From positions 1,315 to 65,314 of the forward strand of contig CAJJNQ010000001.1 of assembly GCA_905193155.1 (NCBI GenBank): 64,000 nucleotides of DNA, given 5' to 3'. Of the stretch, positions 57,059 to 64,000 are shown one piece after another. The notes beneath the pieces were generated by a model. That model searched no databases and was not told the origin of the DNA. It saw only the letters and a list, made by a program, of their open reading frames with translations. How positions within the stretch are numbered: position 1 is the first letter of the stretch; every line of letters starts with the position of its first letter. Origin of the DNA: an uncultured Christensenella sp. GTDB lineage: Bacteria; Bacillota; Clostridia; Christensenellales; UBA1750. The translations under genes and the position numbers were made by a program.

Positions 57059-57199
57059 TCATCCGTTCTTTTCGGTTTCTTTCAGCATTTCTTCCAGCTT
57101 TTCCAGCAGAAAGGGCGGTTCGGCCGGCGGACGCGCAGACAAAGTCCTCCCGTGCTCGCGACACTTGTTCTGGATCTCCTTTGGCAATAATGAACGCAT
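57059..57199 (-). CDS. Small hypothetical protein (46 aa)
   Basis: AGGAGG 5 nt before the ATG. Encodes MRSLLPKEIQNKCREHGRTLSARPPAEPPFLLEKLEEMLKETEKNG. Ends 18 nt before the GNAT start. Confidence 0.35.
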   Translation of the reverse strand: MRSLLPKEIQNKCREHGRTLSARPPAEPPFLLEKLEEMLKETEKNG

Positions 57200-57252
57200 G
57201 TAAACCTCCTGTTCTGCGGGTGCAGACCGGGAGCGGGGAATTTTTTGAACGC

Positions 57253-57282
57253 AAAAAAGACTGCGGCAAAAGTACCGCAGTC
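57253..57282 (-). terminator. Terminator-like hairpin immediately upstream of the 46-aa ORF
   Basis: Minus strand GACTGCGG-tacttttg-CCGCAGTC followed by TTTTTT. Confidence 0.6.
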
Positions 57283-57380
57283 TCATCATTCTTCCATGAC
57301 GGAGAAAATGCGACTTGACGATGTGTTTTTGCGCCCATAACACCCGCCCGCATCTGCCCCGCTTTTTTTCAAATTGGGGT

Positions 57381-57417
57381 CAGAAAACACACCTGCGAAA
57401 AAGATGCTTTTCCGCAG
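57381..57417 (-). terminator. Terminator after the esterase gene (11-bp stem)
   Basis: Minus strand CTGCGGAAAAG-cat-CTTTTTCGCAG followed by GTGTGTTTTCTG. Confidence 0.6.
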
Positions 57418-57531
57418 CCTTGCGAGAGGGAAACCTATTCGGTTCCTTAGTTATGAGCAATAACCGACATCCACAGTCCTCCGTGTTTCTTCTTCAAACC
57501 GGCTTCAGTATACGCCGGAAAAAGGCCTCTG

Positions 57532-58401
57532 TCAAGCCTCCATATTCTCATCCAGCCAATCGGCAATGGCGGCGAGCAGCTTTTCCTGAGAGAATTCGAC
57601 GGTCGCATGCGCCGCGCCCTTGACGATGATCAGGTCGCAGGGAACGCCCGCGGCGGTGAGCTTGTCGTAAAGCGCCTGCGACTGCGCAAAGGGCACCAAA
57701 GTATCCTTGTCGCCGTGCAGGATCAAAAACGGCGGCGCGGAAGGTGAAACATATTCGATGGGGCTGGCCTCCCTGGCAAGCTCCATCTTATCCTGCGGAT
57801 AACCGCCCAGCAGTTTTACGAGGTTCGCCGTCGGCGGGATGGCGGATCTATCCGCGCCCCTGGCCTTTGCAGCCGCCACCAGGTCGACCACGCCGTACCA
57901 ATCCACCACCGCCTGCACGCGGTCGGAAACCGCGCTCCACTGATCGCCCTTGAACTCGGGCTTATCGGGCGTGAGGCCTGCCAGCGACACGAGATGTCCG
58001 CCCGCAGAATCGCCCATCACCGCAATGCGGTCGGGATCGGCGCGGAACTTCTCCGCGTTGGCGCGCACGAAGCGGATCGCCGTCTTGACATCGATGATCT
58101 GCGCCGGGAAAGGCGCTGTGTTGCTGATGCGGTATTCCGCCAGGCAGACGATATAGCCGCGCTTGGCGAACAGCGCCATATCGGTCAGCCGGTTTTCCGG
58201 CTCGCAGCATTCCCAGCCGCCGCCGCAGATCCAGATCAGCACCGGATATCCCTTGCCCTCCGGGGCCTTGGCCGGATAGACGACGTGCATCTTCAGCGGA
58301 ATTGCACCCGTGTTATAGATATCGGGAACAAAGGAGAAAGTCAGCCCCAGAGCAGTATGCACCTCGGGCTCGAGATGATCGAATTCCATCGTGCGAATCA
58401 T
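57532..58401 (-). CDS. Alpha/beta hydrolase (HSL-type esterase/lipase)
   Basis: ICGGGW oxyanion motif and GDSAGG nucleophile elbow. ATG 58401 follows AAGGAGGG. Confidence 0.8.
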   Translation of the reverse strand: MIRTMEFDHLEPEVHTALGLTFSFVPDIYNTGAIPLKMHVVYPAKAPEGKGYPVLIWICGGGWECCEPENRLTDMALFAKRGYIVCLAEYRISNTAPFPAQIIDVKTAIRFVRANAEKFRADPDRIAVMGDSAGGHLVSLAGLTPDKPEFKGDQWSAVSDRVQAVVDWYGVVDLVAAAKARGADRSAIPPTANLVKLLGGYPQDKMELAREASPIEYVSPSAPPFLILHGDKDTLVPFAQSQALYDKLTAAGVPCDLIIVKGAAHATVEFSQEKLLAAIADWLDENMEA

Positions 58402-58489
58402 AATTGGCCCTCCTTGACGTCGATTCAAAGCAGGGGACGCTCCTCCCCCGTTTCTTTCGTTACCAGCATACCCCGGTCTAAATCGATTG

Positions 58490-58936
58490 TCAATCAATGG
58501 CAGAGCGCTCCTGTTCAGAAACGTTTTCAAAGAGCTGATTCAATACGCGCAGAAAAACCCCCCGCTCCTCATTCGTCACGCCGCAATAGAGGATATCGGT
58601 CAGCTCCTGCGTGGCCTCATGACAGGCCTGGCGGTGGCTGCGTCCGCTGCGGGTGAGCTTAACGCGCACCACGCGCCGGTCTTTTTCATCGCCGGATCGC
58701 TCCACAAGGCCGAATTGCTCCATTCTCGTCAGCGAAAGCGACAATGTGGATTTGTCGAGCGATGTCATTTCCGACAGTTTTCGTACCGGAATATCATCCT
58801 GTTCATAAAGAGCCATTAAAATGCGTCCCTGCGCGGGAGAGAGTCTGCCCAGCCCGTGTCTGCGAAGCAGCCTGGTAAGCAGTCTTTCCTTGATATGATA
58901 CACTCCGGACAGAGCAAATAAAGACTTATCCTGCAT
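58490..58936 (-). CDS. MarR family transcriptional regulator
   Basis: LSPAQGRILMAL....I.VRKLSE......STLSLSLTRME..GLV.R..D..DRR wHTH pattern. Confidence 0.8.
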   Translation of the reverse strand: MQDKSLFALSGVYHIKERLLTRLLRRHGLGRLSPAQGRILMALYEQDDIPVRKLSEMTSLDKSTLSLSLTRMEQFGLVERSGDEKDRRVVRVKLTRSGRSHRQACHEATQELTDILYCGVTNEERGVFLRVLNQLFENVSEQERSAID

Positions 58937-59212
58937 ATGGTCGGTCCCCTAACTTGTATTATTTCATTGCCTATTATACAGAACTATGTTGTGATTTGCA
59001 ATAGTTTTACACGAATTATTCCATCAAAAATCTAAATTTTATTTTTGTTTTCATTCAAAACTTTATTAGCACATTTCGGTAAGATTAGCCCCGGTTCATT
59101 CATTGAATTGTTTCAACTTATTCATTGGAAATTTGTACTCCGCCCTTTGCAATTTGCGGCGAAGATGATACAATAAATGTAGAGTCTGGAACGAACATGG
59201 AGGTGTTCCCCA

Positions 59213-60700
59213 ATGTACGATAATCTTCCGGTTGTCAAGCTCGGCCTGGTTGCGACCAGCCGCGACTGCTTCCCCATTCAGCTCTCCGCCAAGCGCAAAG
59301 CGGCCATCGTGGATGCTTACACGAAGGCAGGCGGCGAAATCGTAGACATCCCCACCATTATTGAGTCCGAAAACGACGCGATGAAGGCGCTGGATGAGCT
59401 CAAGGCCGCCGGCTGCAACGCGCTGGTGGTGTTCCTGGGCAACTTCGGCCCCGAGGGCCCGGAGACCATGCTGGCCGATAAATTCGGCGGCCCGACGATG
59501 TTTGTGGCGGCCGCTGAGGAGACCGGCGACAACCTGATCGACGGCCGCGGCGACGCCTACTGCGGCATGCTCAACGCAAGCTATTCGATCGGCCTGAAGA
59601 ACCTCAAAAACGTTTACATTCCCGAATATCCTGTGGGCACCTGCGATGAAATCGCCTCGCTGATCTGCGAATTTGTGCCGATCGCGGCGGTTAAGCTGGG
59701 TCTTTCCAACCTGAAGGTGTTCTCCTTCGGCCCGCGCCCTTATGACTTCATCGCCTGCAACGCGCCCATCAAGCCCTTGTTCGACCTGGGCATCAACATC
59801 CAGGAGAACTCCGAGCTGGATCTGTTCGCCGCGTTCAACGCGCATGAGAACGATCCCCGCATCGCGGAAGTCGCTGCGGACATGGCCAAGGAGCTGGGCA
59901 GCGACAATCCTTACGCCGGCATACTGCCCAAGCTTGCGCAGTATGAAATCACCCTGCTTGACTGGGCGGAGGCCAACAAGGGCGCGGCGAAGTACTTTGT
60001 CTTTGCCAACAAGTGCTGGCCGGCCTTCCAGACGCAGTTCGGCTTCGTGCCCTGCTATGTCAACAGCCGCCTGACCGGCCGCTGCATCCCCGTCTCCTGC
60101 GAAGTGGATATCTACGGCGCGGTTTCGGAGTACATCCTCTGTTGCGTGACGGGCGCCGCTCCCACCCTGCTCGACATCAACAACACCGTTCCCGAGGATA
60201 TGTACGAGGCGGAGATCAAGGACTCCACCGACTACAAGCTGACCGATACCTTCATGGGCTTCCACTGCGGCAACACCGCTTCCTGCTACCTGCGCAATCC
60301 GCACATGAACTTCCAGCGCATCATGAAGCGTTCGCTTGAGCCCGACACCGAGCCCAACATCACTCGCGGCACGCTCGAGGGCGACATCATCCCCGGCGAC
60401 ATCACCTTCTTCCGTCTTCAGGGCGCGGCGGACTGCAAGCTGCAGTCCTACATCGCACAGGGCGAGGTGCTGCCCGTTGCAACCCGCTCCTTCGGCGGCA
60501 TCGGTGTGTTCGCCATTCCGGAGATGAAGCGCTTCTATCGCCATGTGCTGGTGGCCAAGCACTACCCGCATCACGGTGCGGTGGGCTTCGCTCATGTGGG
60601 CAAGGTCCTCTTCGAGGCCATGAAGCTGATGGGCGTTCCGGACATCGCGTTCAACCAGCCCAAGGGCATGCTCTACAAGGACGAAAACCCCTTCGCATAA
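59213..60700 (+). CDS. L-fucose/L-arabinose isomerase family protein
   Basis: 495 aa. N-terminal FucI-like swivel/Rossmann region (KLGLVATSRD ... VVFLGNFG) and a C-terminal FucI_C-like region. SD GGAGGTG. Confidence 0.65.
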   Translation: MYDNLPVVKLGLVATSRDCFPIQLSAKRKAAIVDAYTKAGGEIVDIPTIIESENDAMKALDELKAAGCNALVVFLGNFGPEGPETMLADKFGGPTMFVAAAEETGDNLIDGRGDAYCGMLNASYSIGLKNLKNVYIPEYPVGTCDEIASLICEFVPIAAVKLGLSNLKVFSFGPRPYDFIACNAPIKPLFDLGINIQENSELDLFAAFNAHENDPRIAEVAADMAKELGSDNPYAGILPKLAQYEITLLDWAEANKGAAKYFVFANKCWPAFQTQFGFVPCYVNSRLTGRCIPVSCEVDIYGAVSEYILCCVTGAAPTLLDINNTVPEDMYEAEIKDSTDYKLTDTFMGFHCGNTASCYLRNPHMNFQRIMKRSLEPDTEPNITRGTLEGDIIPGDITFFRLQGAADCKLQSYIAQGEVLPVATRSFGGIGVFAIPEMKRFYRHVLVAKHYPHHGAVGFAHVGKVLFEAMKLMGVPDIAFNQPKGMLYKDENPFA

Positions 60701-60827
60701 TTCCCGCTTAAAAGCCCTGTGCGGCGCACAGCAAAAGCTGCGCGCCGCATTTTTATTCTTGTAATCCCGCCGCGTTTGGAGTATGCTTTTTTTATCCTTG
60801 AATGAAACCGAAAGGGGGCTTTCCCTC

Positions 60828-61073
60828 ATGACCGATTCCTTTGACCTGCAGGAGCCGACCGAACGCGAGCTGCTGGAAGCCATCTTCCGCGCCTCGCTCA
60901 GCGAAGAAGAGCAGCAGCTCCCGCTGGATCTTCTGCTCGACATCGCAATGGATGAAAACGCAGAGGAAAGCGATTCGTTCAGCGCCGTTCCGCCGTCCCA
61001 CCTTCGCCGCAAGGAGGTGCCGGAGATGACCGCCGAGGAGTTTCTCAAAATGATGCACGGCGAAGACGATTGA
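60828..61073 (+). CDS. Small acidic hypothetical protein (81 aa)
   Basis: ATG follows AAGGGGG. Very acidic and followed by a strong terminator. Confidence 0.4.
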   Translation: MTDSFDLQEPTERELLEAIFRASLSEEEQQLPLDLLLDIAMDENAEESDSFSAVPPSHLRRKEVPEMTAEEFLKMMHGEDD

Positions 61074-61090
61074 TCCTCGCACCAAAAATG

Positions 61091-61149
61091 AGCAGCCTCG
61101 CCGCAAGACTGACGTCTTGCGGCGAGGCTGCTGCGTTGCGGTCTTTTTT
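61091..61149. terminator. Bidirectional terminator (19-bp stem)
   Basis: AGCAGCCTCGCCGCAAGAC-tgac-GTCTTGCGGCGAGGCTGCT, with T runs on both strands. Confidence 0.8.
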
Positions 61150-61179
61150 GATGAGCAGGAAGATTACGGGTTATGGAAA

Positions 61180-61602
61180 TTAGTTCAGCGCCGCGCCCAG
61201 AGCCTTGCAGGCTTCCAGAGCGTCGTCGTCGGGTGCGTCGTTGCAGATCACGCTGTCGCAGGCCAGCACAGCGCCGTCTCCCTTGCAGGTCTCTTCCCAG
61301 GTGCGCATCCAGGCGCCGTCGCCCCAGCCGTAGGAACCAAACAGCGCGATCTTTTTGCCGGAAAGGGAGCTTTCGCACGCGGAGAACATGGGCTCAAACT
61401 CGCTCTCCTCCAGGACCTCGTCGCCCATGGCAGGGCAACCGAAGGCAGCGGCGTCATAGGACGCCAGGGACGCGGGATCGAATTCCGACGCAGTAAAGAT
61501 GCTCACGTCCGCGCCGGCGGCCTTAGCGCCCTCTGCAACCGCGTTGGCCATGGCTTCGGTGTTGCCTGTGCCGCTCCAGTAGATGACTGCGATTTTGCTC
61601 AT
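61180..61602 (-). CDS. Flavodoxin (short-chain)
   Basis: MSKIAVIYWSGTGNTE FMN-phosphate loop. 140 aa. Confidence 0.85.
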   Translation of the reverse strand: MSKIAVIYWSGTGNTEAMANAVAEGAKAAGADVSIFTASEFDPASLASYDAAAFGCPAMGDEVLEESEFEPMFSACESSLSGKKIALFGSYGWGDGAWMRTWEETCKGDGAVLACDSVICNDAPDDDALEACKALGAALN

Positions 61603-61641
61603 GTGTTTGTTCCTCCTTTGAAATTGGGTTTGATTTATTCG

Positions 61642-62193
61642 TCAAACGGCTACGGTGAGCCGGTCGATCGTTGTTCCTCTGCGCAGGCACGCACAGTAGA
61701 TGTCGGTGCATTTTTGATACATGGCGAATTTTCTCCTCGCGGATTCCACATCTCCATAGACCTTCCAGCAGCCCACGCATTTGCAGTGCAGCGCGCGATT
61801 TTCAATGTATCCGCGCACGTCCTCCGGCGGGTAGCCCAGGAACAGGCCGATTTCATGCGGGAAGGCGGATTGCTCCTTCAACCGATGTACAAGCGCCGCT
61901 ACGCAGCGCTCCGGACAGCCGCAGGGATAACCGATGGGCTCCAGCAGCGCCGCAGCCTGTGCGTCTTTCAGATCCTGCGCCAGCCGTTTGGGTCGATAAA
62001 GGTAGATCAGTGCGCGTCCGTTCTCCCGCCGCAGGGGCAAGGCGCGCAGACCCTTGGGGACCAGCACGCGGTTCAGCGCCCGCAAATCGTTCCGCAGCGC
62101 TTCCTCCGAAGTATATTCGGCGGCAAAGAGATTCGCGGTTTTGAGCCCCGCCAACGTCGGGGAACAGTGGCGAACGATCAGATCCTCACTCAT
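61642..62193 (-). CDS. DUF3793 family protein (Cys-rich)
   Basis: CSPTLAG.K.ANLF and FPHEIG.FLGYPPEDV blocks. 11 Cys, including PCGCPERC, HCKCVGC and CTDIYCAC. ATG 62193 follows AAGGAGGG. Confidence 0.7.
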   Translation of the reverse strand: MSEDLIVRHCSPTLAGLKTANLFAAEYTSEEALRNDLRALNRVLVPKGLRALPLRRENGRALIYLYRPKRLAQDLKDAQAAALLEPIGYPCGCPERCVAALVHRLKEQSAFPHEIGLFLGYPPEDVRGYIENRALHCKCVGCWKVYGDVESARRKFAMYQKCTDIYCACLRRGTTIDRLTVAV

Positions 62194-62233
62194 GGTCTCG
62201 GACCCTCCTTCTGCTGCGCTTGCACGCGCCCTT

Positions 62234-62515
62234 TTACTGGGCATATTGATCCAGGATGCCGCGCAGAGCGGCCATGGAGCTGGAGTGGCAGCGCGCCACC
62301 ACGGTGTCTCTGCCGCGCGTTTCGTTCAGCGCACAGTTCAGCATTTTATGGGAGACCGTACCGGTGAACAGCACCAGCAGGTCGGGGCAGCCGATTTTGT
62401 TTTTCAGACCGCCGCTGGTCTTGGCAAACACCTTTGCGTCGCAGCGATACTGCGCGCACAGATCCTTGTATTGGCGAACCATACACTCATTTCCGCCGAT
62501 GATGACGATGCTCAT
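62234..62515 (-). CDS. DUF2325 domain protein
   Basis: MSIVIIGGN ... DLLVLFTGTVSHKM pattern. 93 aa. Confidence 0.7.
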   Translation of the reverse strand: MSIVIIGGNECMVRQYKDLCAQYRCDAKVFAKTSGGLKNKIGCPDLLVLFTGTVSHKMLNCALNETRGRDTVVARCHSSSMAALRGILDQYAQ

Positions 62516-62539
62516 GGAAGTCAGCTCCTTTCCACTCTG

Positions 62540-62559
62540 TGGTTAGTTATTACTAACCA
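62540..62559. promoter_or_regulatory. DtxR/IdeR-type palindrome upstream of the DUF2325-DUF3793-flavodoxin genes
   Basis: TGGTTAGT-tatt-ACTAACCA, perfect 8-bp arms. The arms contain the GGTTAG/CTAACC half-sites of the DtxR/IdeR consensus. Confidence 0.45.
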
Positions 62560-62606
62560 ATGTGTTTAAGAAGGTGCGGCGCGAACGCCGCACGAAAAAG
62601 AAGAGG

Positions 62607-62999
62607 TCATTCCGCAAGAATTGCGAGGATCATTCTGCTGCACATCTGCTGCAAACAATCCGCAGGCAGCTCGGCGATCAGCGCATAGGCGGCGGATCGC
62701 GCATCTGCGGTACAGGGCAGCAGGGCGCTGAAATGATTGCAGATGGTTTGGAAGTAGCTTTCGTATTGATCGGCCAGCTCGCGTCCGGCGGGCGTGAAGC
62801 GCACCGTGCCGTAGCGGTCCTTATCGACCAGGGAAAGCTTTTTCAGGGTATCCATCATGGCGTGGACGCTGGGTTTGGAAACGCCTAGAGCCTCTGCGAT
62901 GCTGACGCAGCGCACGCCCCTCTGGTCTCCGTCCAGATCCCGCAGCGCCAACAGATAACGGATGTTGGCCGCCGTGAGGTCCTTGCCGGTATTCGCCAT
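62607..62999 (-). CDS. DtxR/MntR-family metal-dependent transcriptional regulator
   Basis: N-terminal wHTH IAEALGVSKPSVHAMMDTLKKLSLV.KDRYG.V..T..G. ATG 62999 follows GGAGGTG. Confidence 0.7.
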   Translation of the reverse strand: MANTGKDLTAANIRYLLALRDLDGDQRGVRCVSIAEALGVSKPSVHAMMDTLKKLSLVDKDRYGTVRFTPAGRELADQYESYFQTICNHFSALLPCTADARSAAYALIAELPADCLQQMCSRMILAILAE

Positions 63000-63077
63000 G
63001 ACTTTCACCTCCACAGTAGAAAAAATGGGGAGCGCGGCAGAAGGGAATCCGTCGTGCTCCCCCAAAGAGGAAGGGGA

Positions 63078-63251
63078 TCACTCGTGGCAGTGGCCACCGC
63101 AGCCGCCATGGCAGGCGCTGCAATCACCGCCGCAGGAGGATTTTCCCTGCCGCTTGCCACGCACCATGCTGACGATGATCAGCGTGACGATCGTGACAAG
63201 CACCGCAATGATGACGATGTTGCCGACATTGGCAGACAACCAGCTAAGCAT
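63078..63251 (-). CDS. FeoB-associated Cys-rich membrane peptide (57 aa)
   Basis: Not in the ORF track. GGAGG then ATG encodes MLSWLSANVGNIVIIAVLVTIVTLIIVSMVRGKRQGKSSCGGDCSACHGGCGGHCHE. Confidence 0.75.
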   Translation of the reverse strand: MLSWLSANVGNIVIIAVLVTIVTLIIVSMVRGKRQGKSSCGGDCSACHGGCGGHCHE

Positions 63252-63283
63252 ATTGAAAACCTCCTTTGCAGCGATGAACCGAA

Positions 63284-64000
63284 TTAGATGCGCACCGTTT
63301 CGGTGAGCTTGTTGGACTCCTTGTAGGGCTTGACCAGCTGGTAGATCATCAGGGCCAGCAGCGTGATAGCGAAGATCAGGCCGATGATGTTGACGTTACC
63401 GGTGAAGAGCAGGCCAAACTGGTTGATGATCAGAGAGATGACATAGGCGAAGCCGCACTGATAACCGATGGCAAACCAGGTCCACTTGGCGCTGTTCATC
63501 TCACGCTTGATGGCACCGATAGCCGCGAAGCAGGGAGCGCACAGCAGGTTGAAGACCAGGAAGCTGTAACCGGAGATACCGGTGAAGGCCGCGCCGATGT
63601 TGGCGTAGACCGAACCGTCGCCGCCGCCATAGAGGATACCCAGGGTACCAACGATGTTCTCCTTAGCGACCAGGCCGGTGATCGAGGCGACAGCCGCCTG
63701 CCAGTTGCCCCAGCCAAGGGGAGTAAATATCCAAGCGATCAGGTTGCCGATGGCAGCCAGGATGGAGTAGTTGATCTCCTCTTCAGACAGCATGCGGAAG
63801 GAACCGTCCACAAATCCGAAGTAGGTGGTGAACCAAACCAGGATGGTAGAAAGCAGGATGATGGTACCGGCCTTCTTGATGAAGGACCAGCCGCGCTCCC
63901 ACATGGAGCGGAGCACGTTGGAGAGGGTCGGCCAGTGGTATGCAGGCAGCTCCATGACAAAGGGAGCGGGCTCGCCGGAGAACATCTTGGTCTTCTTCAG
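63284..64000 (-). CDS. feoB: Ferrous iron transporter FeoB, C-terminal membrane part (runs off the window)
   Basis: PFVMELPAYHWP motif and multi-TM C-terminal domain. The frame stays open to position 64000. Confidence 0.85.
   Translation of the reverse strand: MKKTKMFSGEPAPFVMELPAYHWPTLSNVLRSMWERGWSFIKKAGTIILLSTILVWFTTYFGFVDGSFRMLSEEEINYSILAAIGNLIAWIFTPLGWGNWQAAVASITGLVAKENIVGTLGILYGGGDGSVYANIGAAFTGISGYSFLVFNLLCAPCFAAIGAIKREMNSAKWTWFAIGYQCGFAYVISLIINQFGLLFTGNVNIIGLIFAITLLALMIYQLVKPYKESNKLTETVRI

Noticed and set aside
59096-61378. 760-aa minus-strand ORF
   Set aside because: Runs antisense through the FucI-like gene, a terminator and into the flavodoxin region. No motifs, and it crosses a 19-bp terminator stem.
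1-64000. Scan for CRISPR arrays, IS elements, integrases, rRNA and long direct or inverted repeats
   Set aside because: None seen by eye. All non-coding gaps are under 600 nt and are explained by promoters, terminators or decayed genes. A computational repeat search would be needed to exclude short arrays.

Overview
High-GC (roughly 60% by eye), SD-rich (GGAGG) Gram-positive, Clostridia-like chromosomal segment. It is densely coding: about 60 CDS and one tRNA. I recognised no rRNA, CRISPR array, transposase, integrase or phage gene. Order of content: (1) 7-9197, an AraC-linked sugar ABC importer operon that also carries a DgoD-like dehydratase, an SDR, Eda and KdgK. (2) A GH31 glycosidase plus a 1052-aa DUF5107/TPR protein. 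(3) Nitroreductase, YitT, Lhr helicase. (4) A galacturonate divergon, uxaB-uxaA / lacI-uxaC. (5) A four-domain flavodiiron protein, GNAT, DEDDh exonuclease, cupin, YaiI, aldo-keto reductase. (6) A lower-GC lipoprotein islet containing a gene split by an in-frame stop. (7) guaB, ROK kinase, AEC transporter. (8) An SbcD-like nuclease plus a Rad50/SbcC-like ATPase whose coiled-coil apex is replaced by two transmembrane helices. (9) Two VanW paralogs flanking an MBL hydrolase, a catalytically substituted C39-like protein, a methyltransferase and rex. (10) A second kdgK and an IclR regulator diverging from an MtlD-like dehydrogenase and a phosphoesterase-methyltransferase fusion. (11) tRNA-Arg(CCT). 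(12) MBL hydrolase, MutS2 paralog without a normal Smr domain, GNAT. (13) MarR-esterase and a FucI-family isomerase. (14) An iron cluster: feoB (partial), Cys-rich peptide, DtxR-like regulator, DUF2325, DUF3793, flavodoxin. Many very long ORFs in the track are antisense artefacts of high GC content. I found no canonical defence or mobile system. The most unusual items are the membrane-anchored Rad50-like ATPase/nuclease pair, the IclR-controlled dehydrogenase plus phosphoesterase-methyltransferase fusion, the uncharacterised iron/flavodoxin module with a DtxR-type palindrome, and the hybrid sugar-acid operon. All family calls come from by-eye motif recognition, not database searches.
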